Below, one piece after another: positions 11,151 to 22,857 of a DNA stretch of 64,000 nucleotides. The notes beneath the pieces were generated by a model. That model was not told the DNA's origin, ran no database searches, and saw nothing but the letters and a program-made list of their open reading frames with translations. Source of the stretch: Okamejei kenojei (Eukaryota); the NCBI GenBank assembly GCA_035221665.1, contig CM069152.1:15128001-15192000 (forward strand). The letters are read 5' to 3'. How positions within the stretch are numbered: position 1 is the first letter of the stretch; every line of letters begins with the position of its first letter. The translations under genes and the position numbers were made by a program.

Positions 11151-12525
11151 CTAGACTAAGTGGGACCCATTGGGTCACATGCTCACACGGGAGGGCTGGT
11201 CCCCCGACGCAATATTCCACCTCTCCACCAATTCCAATATTGGTGGCCAGTGGGGGGGCTTTCTGGAGCGCTGGTATGGGTTCTTGGGGTGGCAGCTCAG
11301 TCCCTCAAGCCTGATGTGCTGGCAGCTCACTCACGGCTGGTGGGCAGGCAGTTGACTCATGGCTATTCCTTGAAATTCCATTTCGAGCAGGGTGCAAGGC
11401 CACCAAATTCAAATCCATTTGCCTACCATTTCAAGCAGGGTGCAAGGCCACCAAATTTAAGTGCAGCTTCTTACCACTTCAATTCAAGTGCAGTTTCCTA
11501 CCACTTCAAGCGGGGTGCAAGGCCACCAAATTGAAGTGCAGTTTCCAACCACTTCAAGCAGGGTGCAAGGCCACCAAATTCAAGTGCAGTTTCATACCAT
11601 TTCAAGCAGGGTGTAAGGCCACCAAATTCAAATGCAGCTTCGTACCATTTCATGCAGGGTGCAAAGCCACCATATTCAAATACAGTTTCATACAATTTCA
11701 AGCGGGTGAAACCACCATAAAACCACCATAAAATCACACAAAACAACAAACTCACAGTTCAATAGACATTCAGTGTGTTCAGTTGATTCACAGCTCAGAG
11801 TCGTGACCTCTCTCTCCCCCATCATGCAGAGACTGAGCCACACCCACACTTCCGGGTTTTATAATCCCTCCGCCTCCCACCGGAAAAGGTGTGGCCTTCA
11901 TGGCGTGATTGACAGGAGTGAGATTCTCAACATTTTTTAAACACTAATAACACCTTTATTTTTCATTGATGGGAAGAATCCTCTGCACCTGCTGAGCAGA
12001 GGGGGAATGAGTAAGATGGCCAAAAATCACAGCCGTAAGTGGTAGCGTTTAATCAAAAATCAATACACAGTGCAAACAGGAAGTTAGCCAAAGCACCCAA
12101 GCAACCATTTGCTGTAATGCCTTTTAACATCAACCCAAACCCCCCAAACAAACATTTGCAGGCAGTGCCTTTTTACTTCAAACCAACCATATTTTCAATT
12201 TCAAACCACATTAAGGGCACTCACAGTTGAGTAGACATGTGTTCAGTGCTATTCAGAGCTCAGAAAAACGTGACCCTCTGGCTTGCTCCATCTTGCAGAG
12301 ACTGAGTGAGGCACACCACCTCCTGGTTTTATAGTCCCTCCCCCTCCCTCCAGCAGGGGCAGCAGAGAGAATGGGGATTTAAAAAAAACACATTAATATC
12401 TCTCAGATTTTTCATCGATGGGAACAATCCTCTGGTCCAGGAATGCGGAGGGGGGCTCTGAGCGAGCTGGCCAAAAATGATGGCCGCAGGTGGCGATGTT
12501 CTCTCGTAAGTCACAGCACAGCGAG
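11151..12525 (-). mobile_element. Probable non-autonomous Helitron (3' end at 11151; 5' end lost in the N gap)
   Basis: The minus-strand terminus reads hairpin (gacccaatgggtc, 11164-11176), actta gt, CTAG, then host T inside a (TA)-rich tract. The element carries an internal minisatellite and an internal duplication. Confidence 0.7.
11372..11716. repeat. 48-bp minisatellite, about 7 copies
   Basis: Unit aattcaagtgcagtttcataccatttcaagcagggtgcaaggccacca, with one truncated unit near 11455-11480. Confidence 0.9.
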
Positions 12526-12842
12526 NNNNNNNNNNNNNNNNNNNNNNNNNNNNNNNNNNNNNNNNNNNNNNNNNNNNNNNNNNNNNNNNNNNNNNNNNNN
12601 NNNNNNNNNNNNNNNNNNNNNNNNNNNNNNNNNNNNNNNNNNNNNNNNNNNNNNNNNNNNNNNATATGCTGGAGTAACTCATCGGGACAGGCAGCATCTT
12701 TGGAGAGAAGGAATGGGTGATATTTCGAGTCAATACCGTCTCAACCTGAAACGTCACCCATTCCTTCTCTCGTCCGTCCCGATGAGTTACTCCAACATTT
12801 TGTGTCTATCTTCAGTTTAAACCAGCATCTGCAGTTCCTTCC

Positions 12843-12870
12843 TATACATACATACATACATACATACATA
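12843..12870. repeat. (TACA)n microsatellite
   Basis: tatacatacatacatacatacatacata. Confidence 0.9.
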
Positions 12871-13134
12871 AAACAAATAAACAATAATAGCGCAAAAAGG
12901 CAAAACCATTGCCCCCAAGTCTACAGTGTGCAGTTCAGAGTTTATTTGGAGGTTGTAATTGCAGTGTTCAATAGACTGATGGCTCCGAACCTCCAGTACT
13001 TCCTGCTCTGCAACCAACAAGATTGGAGCGTTGTCACTCAGGGAGAAAGTGTCTTTAATAATGCTCAAGATTTAAATTGCATCTTACTTCAAGCACATTC
13101 CTCCTGCAATATAAGCAGAAACTTTCCTAACACA

Positions 13135-13483
13135 AACATAGAAACATAGAAAATAGGTGCAGGAGTAGGCCATTCGGCCCTTCGAGCCTGCACCGCCATT
13201 CAATATGATCATGGCTGATGATCCAACTCAGTATCCCGTACCTGCCTTCTCTCCATACCCCCTGATCCCTTTAACCACATCTAACTCCCTCTTAAATATA
13301 GCCAATGAACTGGCCTCAACTACCTTCTGTGGCAGAGAATTCCACAGACTCACCACTCTCCATGTGAAAAATGTTTTCCTCATCTCGGTCCTAAAGGAAT
13401 TCCCCCTTATCCTTAGACTGTGACCCCTTGTTCTGGACCTCCCCAACATCGGGAACAATCTTCCTGCATCTAGCCTGTCCAAA
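13135..13483 (-). mobile_element. CR1 LINE 3' end
   Basis: GLDRLDAGRLFPMLG.SRTRGHSLRIRG..FRTEMRK.FF..RVVSLWNSLPQ; (TTTCTATG)n tail. Confidence 0.9.
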
Positions 13484-13924
13484 CCTCCATCCGCCAAGCC
13501 AAACTCTCACCATAATGATGACAACAGAAGTCATCTCATCTTCATCAGTCTAGTTTAATTTTAGTTTAGTTTAGTTAAGAGATACAGCGCAGAAACAGGG
13601 CCCTTCGGCCCACCGAGTCCGCACAACACACCTATGCTATCCTGCACACACTAGGGACAATTTACATTTTTACCAATCCATAAGCCATACAGGTCTGCAG
13701 GTTAATTGGCTTCAGTAAAAATGTAAATTGTCCCAAGAGTGTGTACGATGGTGTGAATGTGCAGGGATCACTGGTTGGTGCCGACTCGATGGGCCGAAGG
13801 GCCTGTTTCCGCACTGTATCGCTAAACTAAACTAAACTGAAACATGGGAGTAAGGCGGTGAAAAGAGATGGGGAATATTGGCTCAGGTGAACCACCCGAC
13901 AACTAGTTGGTTCTCATGCACTTC

Positions 13925-14505
13925 AGTTTAGTTTAGTTTAGAGTTACAGCACGGACACAAGCCCCGCGACCCACCAAGCCGACCAGCAACCCTCGCACAT
14001 TAACGCTATCCTACACACACTAGGGACAAGTTTACATTTATACATTTACACCAAGCCAATTAACCTACAGACCTGTATCTCTTTGGAGTGCGGGAGGAAC
14101 CCGAGGTTCTTGGAGAAAACCCATGCAGTCACAGGGAGAACGCACAGAAACTCCGTACGGGCAAGCACCCGTGGCCAGGATCGAACCCGGGTCTCCGACA
14201 CGGCAAACGCACAAAGGGCCTGTCCCACTGTACGAGCTAATTCAAAATCACTCGTGTTAAGCACGTAGAATGTACATTACACGTCAGAGCTCGGGACGTC
14301 TCTTAGCGGCTCGTAACGCTAACGGCAGGTACTTGGGAAACGCAGTAATCTCGTGAAGATTTTTCGACATGTTGAAAAATGTCCACGAGAGCCCCGAGTA
14401 ACTACGAGCAGCTATTACCGTAATTCTCGGAGTTAGAATCAGGGGAAGCTCGGGAGAACTCTTGAATTAGCTCGTACAGTGGGACAGCCCCATTAGGCAG
14501 CACTG
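13925..14505 (-). mobile_element. HE1-like SINE interrupted by a MITE
   Basis: SINE tail and body at 13925-14210; the head resumes (ggcagca) after 14495. Confidence 0.8.
14215..14492. mobile_element. PIF/Harbinger-type MITE (second family)
   Basis: TIRs of about 31 bp: agggcctgtcccactgtacgagctaattcaa / ttgaattagctcgtacagtgggacagcccca. Flanks are caa and tta (degenerate TWA). It shares the terminal ctgtcccact core with the 4409 MITE. Confidence 0.85.
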
Positions 14506-15137
14506 ATTCCACATTGTCAGTTCTGATTCTAGGAAGGAGCCTGTGGCTAGCATGCACACACTGTCAAGTAGGTTGCAGTGGGAGCCAATACAATGATAAA
14601 TTCTCTTGGACATCTGCACGTCTTACATGGTTTGAGCCTGATGCCTGACTTGATTCTTAACATTGCTTTCAATAATTAACGGTCCTGGTGCACTCCTGGT
14701 GATTAATGTCAATTTCAATAGGGTGCAGCTTTTTTTAAATTTCATGCCGTTGAAATAAATAATTTATAAATTGGCATCATTAAAACAAATACTCCAATTT
14801 GACATTTGATGATGAGTTATGATAACATTCTGATAAAGTCAAAAGAGAAGAGCTTAAAGCACAAAATGTTGCTTGCAACGACACCTTTGCTTGGTTTCAA
14901 GTGCGTCCAATTCCAGCACGTATGATTAACCCTGGAAGAATATGTTGTTCACGAGCGAAAACACTGGCTTCTGAGCAGAGGAGGAAGGGAGAAATCTTCT
15001 ATGCTCATGTGGAATTGTTATGTACATTGTCCCTAGAGTGTGTACGATGGTGTGAATGCGCAGGGATCACTGGTGGTATTTTTATGCTCGCGTATAGTAT
15101 TCACTTTAAGGACATCGTGGGTCGCCCTTTCAAGATG

Positions 15138-15455
15138 GGTGTCACGGTGGCACAGCGGTAGAGTTGCTGCCTCACAATGCCGGAGACCCGGGTTCGATAC
15201 AGCCAATGGGTGTTTGTGTATGGAGTTTGTACGTTCTCCCCTTGACCTCCGGGTGCTCCAGTAACCTCCCACACTCAAAGACGTACAGGTTTGTAGGCTA
15301 ATTGTCTTTGGTAAAACTGTAAAATTACCCTAGTGTGTGTAGGATAGCGTTAGTGTGCGGGGATTGCTGGTTGGGGCAGGCAGACGCGGTGGGCCGAAGG
15401 GCCTGTTTCCACACTGTATCTCTAAATTAATAAGTAAACCAAACTAAACTAAACA
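15138..15455 (+). mobile_element. HE1-like SINE
   Basis: A and B boxes, core and tail are all present. Confidence 0.88.
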
Positions 15456-15980
15456 ATGGACTATGGCTGGCGTGAGGTAAAAAAGGAAGTTATTTTAAAG
15501 AAGAGGCATGTGTGTGTTTAATTACCTACGTGCATCCTAAATCATCAGAGTCACACGCCAGGTGGAATCAGTGAGTTAAAACTGGATGTGATGTAGGACT
15601 GCAGAAAGTGACCTTACCTTCCAGCATCACCGAGCCTCCGTTTCCCACGCGCTCCATTGCCTTCCCTCCACTATTGCCATCGGCAACTGCAAAGCTTCCT
15701 TCCATTGAAGGCAGGATGAGCAGAGACGCTTGTTGATGCCTTTGCAAGATGAAAGGTTGAGGACCATCCCAGACGTAGGCCGGTGCTCATGTGGTTCATT
15801 TAATGGGAATCCGAGGGTAACATTCTCACACAAAGGGTGGTGGGTGTACGGAACAACCCAATGTATAAGAAACAGTGAGGCAGGTACATGGATAGGACAA
15901 ATTTGGAAGGATATGGACCAAATGCGGGCAGGTGGGACTGAGTGTAACTGGGACATGTTGGCAAGTGGGGCCAAAGGACC

Positions 15981-16013
<33 letters not shown>

Positions 16014-16042
16014 CGCATATATATACACACACACACACACAC
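15981..16042. repeat. Compound (TA)n/(TG)n/(CA)n microsatellite
   Basis: Seen directly. Confidence 0.9.
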
Positions 16043-16879
16043 TTAATACTGGAAGCTAATATTGAATGCGTTAATATTTTAGAGAGGGACCAATATAGGC
16101 AGTAACATGCCTCTGGCATCTCAAGTAAATACAGCAGCATCTTTACAGTTTGAATCTGTCACCCATATTATGCACAGAGCACTAACGGAGCTTGCTGCAA
16201 ATATAAATTTAGATGGCGTAATTTATTTGTGCTCTTTAGTGAAAGTAAGCGTTGAAATTAATTCAACACCCCTGACATCAATTACTTTCTCCTGTAAAGG
16301 TCAGGGTTCTTTTTATCCTCTTCTTTATTCTCCTGCAATCCTTCAGATTTGAGGGTGATTCGCGTCCAAAACCGGGAAAAACCCACGCAGGTCATGGGGA
16401 GAACGCACAAACTCAGTGCAGACAAGCACCCATATTCTGTTTGAAGTTTGTACGTTCTCCCCGTGACCTGCATGAGTTTTCTCCGGGGGCTCCGGTTTCC
16501 TCCCACGCTCCAAAGTCGTACAGCTTTGGACGATAATTGGCTTTGTTACAAATTGTAAATTGTCCCTAGTGTGTGTGGGATGGTGCTAGCGTGCGGGGAT
16601 CGCTGGTCGGCGCGGACCCGGTGGGCCGGGGGGGCCTGTTTCCACTCTGTATCTCTAAACTAAACTAAAACTAAACTTATGAACAGTTGATATAGATTTA
16701 AATATTCAGGGAACATAAGAATTATTCATAGTGGAACAAACAACATAAAAAGCAAAACTTGCCTGTTTCCATGCTGTATCTCTAAACTAATCTAAACTAA
16801 ACTAAAACTATTGATGCGGGGCCCAATAAACTCTGTATGTGCCCCAGTGTTTTACCCCTGGGTGGATTGCCATAAGCAC

Positions 16880-17222
16880 TAGGAAGATTGTTCCCGATGT
16901 TGGGGAAGTCCAGGACAAGGGGTCACAGCTTAAGGATAAGGGGGAAATCCTTTAAGACCGAGATGAGAAAGACTTTTTTCACACAGAGAGTGGTGAGTCT
17001 CTGGAACTCTCTGCCACAGAGGGTAGTTGAGGCCAGTTCATTGGCTATATTTAAGAGTGAGTTGGATGTGGCCCTTGTGGCTAAGGGGATAGAGAGGGTA
17101 TGGAGAGAAGGCAGGTACGGGATACTGAGTTGGATGATCAGCCATGATCATATTGAATGGCGGTGCAGGCTCGAAGGGCTGAATGGCCTACTCCTGCACC
17201 TAATTTCTATGTTTCTATGTTT
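16880..17222 (+). mobile_element. CR1 LINE 3' end
   Basis: FPMLGKSRTRGHSLRIRGKSFKTEMRKTFFTQRVVSLWNSLPQ; tail tttctatgtttctatgtt. Confidence 0.9.
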
Positions 17223-17994
17223 ACACCGTCCACATCAGTATTAGATTTGCTGCCATACAGTACTTGCAGCGCCGGAGACCCGGGTTCGATCCCAACTACG
17301 GGTGCTGTCGGTACTGAGTTTTTACGTTCTCCGCGTGACCGCGTGGGTTTTCGCCGAGATCTTCCATTTCCTCCCACACTCCAAAGACGAGCAGGTTTGT
17401 GGGTAAAATGGGTTAGTATAAATGTAAAAATTGTCCCTCGTGTGGGTCGGATAGTTTTAATATTCGGGGATCACTAGTCAGCGCGGACCCAGTAATAACT
17501 AAACTAAACTAAAGGACGTGAACAGTGGAACTCGTAGGACGACTAGGATGGGGGCGTGGGGGGGTTGGGTTGGGGGGGAGAGGGGGTTGGGTGGGGGGGA
17601 GAGGTAGGGAATGCAGTAGTTATCTGAAATGAGAAAAAAATCAGAGGCATTTTCCGATTCTCTGCTAGTCTGCCGACCCAAGCCGTGCGTGTGTAACCTA
17701 AACAAACCCTCTTAATCTCATTTCCCAGCTCTTAGTCGCGAACCTAATAGATTAAGCTTTTTAAAGTGGGAATTTATTTAAATGTGGTAACGGGTTCTGC
17801 CAACACTACCTTGCAGTCAGCAGGGAGCTCCAGACCCCCACTACTAACTCAGTTAGTGCCACAGGATTCATTTAATCCTTAGTTAATTTAGTCTCCTCAG
17901 CTCCCTGAAAGCCTTCAACCGCGTACTTTAAATCTGTTCTCAATGATTATTAGTCCCGCTGCTGAGGAAAATAGCCAGGCCACACAAAGACGGT

Positions 17995-18762
17995 GAGTAT
18001 TTACCTACATGGTAAATGGTAGGGAATTGAGGAATGCTGTGGAACAGAGGGATCTAGGAATAACTGTGCATAGTTCCCTGAAGGTGGAATCGCATGTAGA
18101 TAGGGTGGTAAAGAAAGCCTTTGGTGTGCTGGCCTTTATAAATCAGAGCATTGAATATAGGAGTAGGGAAGTAATGTTAAAATTGTACAAGGCATTGGTA
18201 AGACCAATTCTGGAGTATGGTGTACAATTTTGGTCGCCTAATTATAGGAAGGATGTCAACAAAATAGAGAGAGTACAGAGGAGATTTACTAGAATGTTGC
18301 CAGGGTTCCAGCAACTATGTTAAGAGAAAGGTTGAACAAGTTAGGTCTTTATTCTTTGGAGCGCAGAAGGTTAAGGGGGGACTTGATTGAGGTCTTTAAA
18401 ATGATGAAAGGAATAGACAGAGTTGACGTGGATACGTTTTTCCCATTGAGGGTAGGGAAGATTCAAACAAGAGGGCATGACATGAGAATTAAGGACAGAA
18501 GTTTAGGGGTAACGTGAGGGGGAACTTCTTTACTCAGAGGGTGGTGGCTGTGTGGAATGAGCTTCCAGCAGAAGTGGTGGAGGCAGGATCGATTTTAACA
18601 TTTAAAAGTAAAGTAGATAGGTATATGGACGTGAAGGGAATGGAGGGGTATGGTCTGAGTGCAGGTAGATGGGACTAGGGGAAAACAAATGGTCGGCACG
18701 GACTGGAAGGGCCGAGAGGGCCTGTTTCCGTGCTGTAATTGTTATATGGTTATATGGTTACA
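17995..18762 (+). mobile_element. HER1-like CR1 LINE 3' fragment (shares its tail with the SINE)
   Basis: QRDLGITVHSSLK...LYKALVRPILEYGVQFWSP...LYSLERRRLRGDLIEVFK. The 3' end gggccgagagggcctgtttccgtgctgta matches the SINE tail. Confidence 0.9.
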
Positions 18763-18771
18763 TGGTATTGG

Positions 18772-19066
18772 CGCAGCACGGTGGCGCAGCGGGTAGAGTT
18801 GTTGCCTTACAGCGCTTACAGCGCCAGAGACCACGGTTCGATCCTGACTACGGGTGCTGTCTGTACGGGGTTTGTACGTTCTCCACGTGACTGCGTGGGT
18901 TTTCTCCGGGCGATCCGGTTTCCTCCCGCATTCCCAAGACGTAGAGATTTGTAAGTTCATTGGCTTCGGTAAAGATTGTAAATTGTGCCTGTAGTGTTAG
19001 TGTGTGGATGGTGCGGACTCCGTGGGCCGAAGGGACAGTTTCCTCTCTGTATCTCTAAACTAAACT
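18772..19066 (+). mobile_element. HE1-like SINE
   Basis: Full head, core and tail. Confidence 0.88.
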
Positions 19067-19559
19067 TAAAAACTACATCAGCACTGGGAAGATTCTTCAT
19101 TTTGGAAACTTTCACCAGGGACAAACTTTAAAGTGTAGACAGGAATAAGCGAGAATTAATTTTTTCAGGTGATAAGCTCCGTCCTGCAGGCTACATCACA
19201 AAATAAAATACTACATTGCAACATGTAAGAATTCCTATTTATTATCGCAACTGGGGGAGGATATATAATCGCATCACGCTGGGGGGGAAAGGTATTGTGC
19301 CGTCGGCATGGCAACCGGTCGTTTTTCTCTCTCTCTCGGCGAGAAATTAGTTATCCTACCTCAGCTTTACATTTCCTGACGACAGAAAATGCTTAGATTA
19401 ATTAACAACAGGAGTACTAGACGAGGCTGGCTGGGTGTATCGGTAACAAGCTGCTCTCTGCACTGCTTCTCTTCCACTGATGGCCGTCACAGCAATGGGC
19501 TCGAACACCTCTGATGTTAAATTCTCTTCCCATTTTCTTACCATTACTTCACAGCAAGA

Positions 19560-20042
19560 GAGTTTAGTTTACTTTTGTTTATTGTCATGTGCACCGAGGT
19601 ACAGTGAAAAGCTTTTTGTTGCGTGCTAACCAGTCAGCGGAAAGACAACGCACGATTACAATCGAGCCGTTCACAGTGTGTAGATACATGATAAGGGAAT
19701 ATGTTTAGTGCGAGGTCAAGCCAGTAACGTCTGAACAAAGATAGTCCGAGGGTCACCAATGAGGTAGATAGTAGTTCAGCACTGCTCTCTGGTTGTGGTT
19801 GGACGATTCAGTTGCCTGATAACAGATGGGAAGAAACTGTCCCTGAATCTGGTGGTGTGCATTTTCAAACTTCTTAACCTGATGGGAGAGGGGAGAAGAG
19901 GGAATGGCCAGGGTGCGACCCGTCCTTGATTATGCTGCTGGCCTTGCCAAGGCAGTTTGAGGTTTAAATTGAGTCAATGGAAGGGAGGTTGGTTTGTGTG
20001 ATGGTCTGGACTGCGTCTACAATTCGCTGCAATTTCTTGTGG
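19560..20042 (-). mobile_element. Rex1/Babar-type LINE 3' end
   Basis: Minus strand reads KKLQRIVDAVQTITQTNLPSIDSI..S.CLGKASSIIKD.SHPGHSLFSPLPS, then the UTR and tail. Confidence 0.8.
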
Positions 20043-20479
20043 AATGAGTTCCTATTTATGAACATCCTTTAATAGAAGTCCCCAACTAATACACAACCTA
20101 TGATGTACGTTTAAGATAAGTTTACTGTTATAATTGTTCCATCAGTGCTGTGATCCCTGAATGTGTTGGCTGGAGGCAGAAGGCTCTTGTGATGGGCCGG
20201 GGAGCCAAGCAATCGGCGGGGGGAATGCCGGGAGCAGCCCGATGGGGTCTGGCGAGAAATATAGAAACATAGAAACATAGAAAATTGGTGCAGGAGGAGG
20301 CCATTTGGCCCTTCGAGCCAGCAACACCATTCATTCATTCATGGCTGATCGTTCCCTATCAATAACCTGTGCCTGCCTTCTCCCCATATCCCTTGATTCC
20401 ACTAGCCCCTAGAACTAAGGGAGACCCAGCGAGGGGCTGCTGAGAATGAAGAGGAGCCTGGCGGGAGGGACACCTTGCC

Positions 20480-20865
20480 AGAGACAGCTGTGGAGGAAAA
20501 GTCATTGGGCATTTTCAAAGCGGAGATTGACAGGTTCTTGACTAATAAGTTGATTAGTGAGGGTGGCGGAGTGGACTTGATGGGACGAACGGCCTAATTC
20601 TACTCCTATCATTTATGACCTTATCTTGATTAGTACGGCTGTCAGAGGTTACGGGGAGAAGGCCGGAGAATGGGGTTAGGAGGGAGAGACAGATCAGCCA
20701 TGATTGTAGCCTTGTTGGGCCGAATGGTCCAATTCTACTCCTTTCACTTATGACCAGAAGGCAGGAGAACGGAGCTGAGAGGGAAAGATAGATCAGCCAT
20801 GATTGAATGGCGGAGTAGACTCGATGGGCCAAATGGCCTAATTTTACTCCGATCACTGAGGACCT
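20480..20865 (+). mobile_element. Three stacked CR1 3' termini
   Basis: A terminal motif like ggcctaattctactcctatcatttatgacc recurs near 20590, 20725 and 20835. Confidence 0.75.
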
Positions 20866-21444
20866 TAATGCACTGAGAACTAAGAGGGATCAGGACGAGG
20901 CGCTGTCGAGGATGAAGAGGGACCCGGCGGGCCGCCTGCGGTCATGTGCGGTGGCAGGCCTGGTTCTCCGCTGCGACATGGTAAGACTGTACTAAGAACT
21001 ATTGGAACTTTGTCCACACCGGCATTTTTCCTTCCGAGGAGTGGAGGATGGTGGGTATTAAATCTGCTTTCATCTATGCCTATCTTCCGATGGAGTGTCC
21101 CAAGCCCACATTCTCCCCACGGATGCTGCTCGACCCCACAAGATCTCCCAACAGATTGTTTGCTACTCCAGACACTGGCATCTGCATTCTCTTCTGTCTC
21201 CAGAAGGCAGTGGAGGAATTATCTGCCACAGAAGGCAGTGGAGGACAATTCACTGGATGTTTTCAAGAGAGTTAGATTTAGCTCTTAGATCTAAGGGAAT
21301 CAAGGGATATGGGAAAAAAAGAGGGACGGGGTAGTGATTTTAGATGATCAGCCATGATCATATTAAATGGCGGTGCCGGTTCAAAGGGCCAAACGGCCTA
21401 CTCCTGCAGCTATTTTTCTAAACAATGTTGTGTTTGCTCCATAA

Positions 21445-21770
21445 ATATTCAATGGGACAGAATTGAGAGAATTTTAGTCTCTATCTACCCCCTGTAGCTC
21501 TGGGAATGTTTAATAGGGAGCATGGAAGGAGACTTACACTGCAACTAACACTTGCTATTCCCACACCGCATGTGTTTAATGAGCCAGTATAAAGGAAGCT
21601 ACACTTTACGTCTAACCCATGCTGTACCTAATCTCAAATGTTTATTGGGACAATTTACAGCAAGCTTTTGCTCTGTAAAATGAAATTTACTCGGTATCTA
21701 CCCGATTGTATGTATTCCAGGAGTGTTTATTAGGATTGTGTAGAGAGTACTGTTCTGCATCTAATCTGTT
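21445..21770. repeat. Decayed ~66-bp tandem repeat (about 5 units)
   Basis: Anchor t(g/a)tt(t/c)a(a/t)tgggacag-like words at 21446, 21507, 21573, 21639 and 21724, each followed by a ...ctttactctgtatctaacc-like block. Confidence 0.55.
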
Positions 21771-22119
21771 TTATTTCAAAACCTGTATTTATTCATTTTA
21801 ATTGGTCTTTAAGCCTCAGCTCTCTTTTGTGTGGTCTCAGTGTTGTAATATTAAGTGTTAGCATACGCGTGGGAACAATCTGCCGCGTAAAATGCTATGT
21901 TTGTCCAGCAGTCACCCCACCTTTTGTGACCCTCATTGTTCACAGAAGACATCTTCAGACGACCCTTGATCGGTCTTTGCTGGCTTTACCTTGCACTAAA
22001 CGTTATCCCCTTACCGTGTATCCACACAGTGTAAAATGGATCGATTGTGATCGTGGTTTGTCTTTCCGCTGACTGGTCAGCAGGCAACAAAAAGCTTTTC
22101 ACTGCACCCCGGTACACGT

Positions 22120-22424
22120 TTAGTTTAGTTTAGAGGTACAGAGTGGAAACAGGACCTCCGGGTCCGCACCAACCAGCGATCCCCACACATTAACACTATC
22201 CTACACACACTAGCGGCAATTTTTGCATTTACCAAGCCAATTAACCTACAAACTTGTATGTCTTTGGAGTGTGGGAGGAAACCGAAGAGCTTGGAGAAAC
22301 CCCCACGCAGGTCATGGGGTGAACGTACTAACTCCGTGCAGACAGCACCCGCAGTCGGGATGGAACCCGGGTCTCCAGCGCTGCATTCGCTGTGAGGCAG
22401 CAACTCTGCCGCTGCGCCACCGTG
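22120..22424 (-). mobile_element. HE1-like SINE inserted in a Rex1-type tail, TSD acacgt
   Basis: acacgt lies on both sides (22114-22119, 22425-22430). Removing the SINE restores cggtacacgtgacaataaactaaac. Confidence 0.85.
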
Positions 22425-22857
22425 ACACGTGACAATAAACTAAACTCGAACTAAACTAAGCAAAGAACGAAACGTCTTTATCTTCTGCTGTTGGGACACT
22501 CAGGCATTAACATATTGTTGGAAGGGGCGTAGGAAGCGGAGGGGAGAGGCACACTTAGTTGTAGCTGTAGCTCATTCTGTTCCAGGCCCAAACCGTGCCA
22601 TTTACGGTATTATGAGTGCGCTCTCGTAATTTTGTCCAGAGGTGCCCACCGTGTCCACACCTACTAGCGACTCCCTTAACGCTAGCACTATCCTTACTTA
22701 CTGCCACTTACTGCCACGGCAGCAAGGTTTTCTAGATGTTTCCACACTGCATCACTCCATGACTTCATGACTGTGACATGGAGCCTTCCTCAACAATACA
22801 AAACAGATGTTCTTTGGTGCTCAGATATGGCCTCAATTTACAAAGAGAATCAAAAAG

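Noticed and set aside
11372-11716. CRISPR-like array
   Set aside because: The units are contiguous with no unique spacers, there are no cas genes, and the context is vertebrate.
19300-19320. RFX X-box-like sites (catggcaac; also 33376 and 35291)
   Set aside because: Half-site matches are expected by chance in 64 kb, and there is no promoter context.
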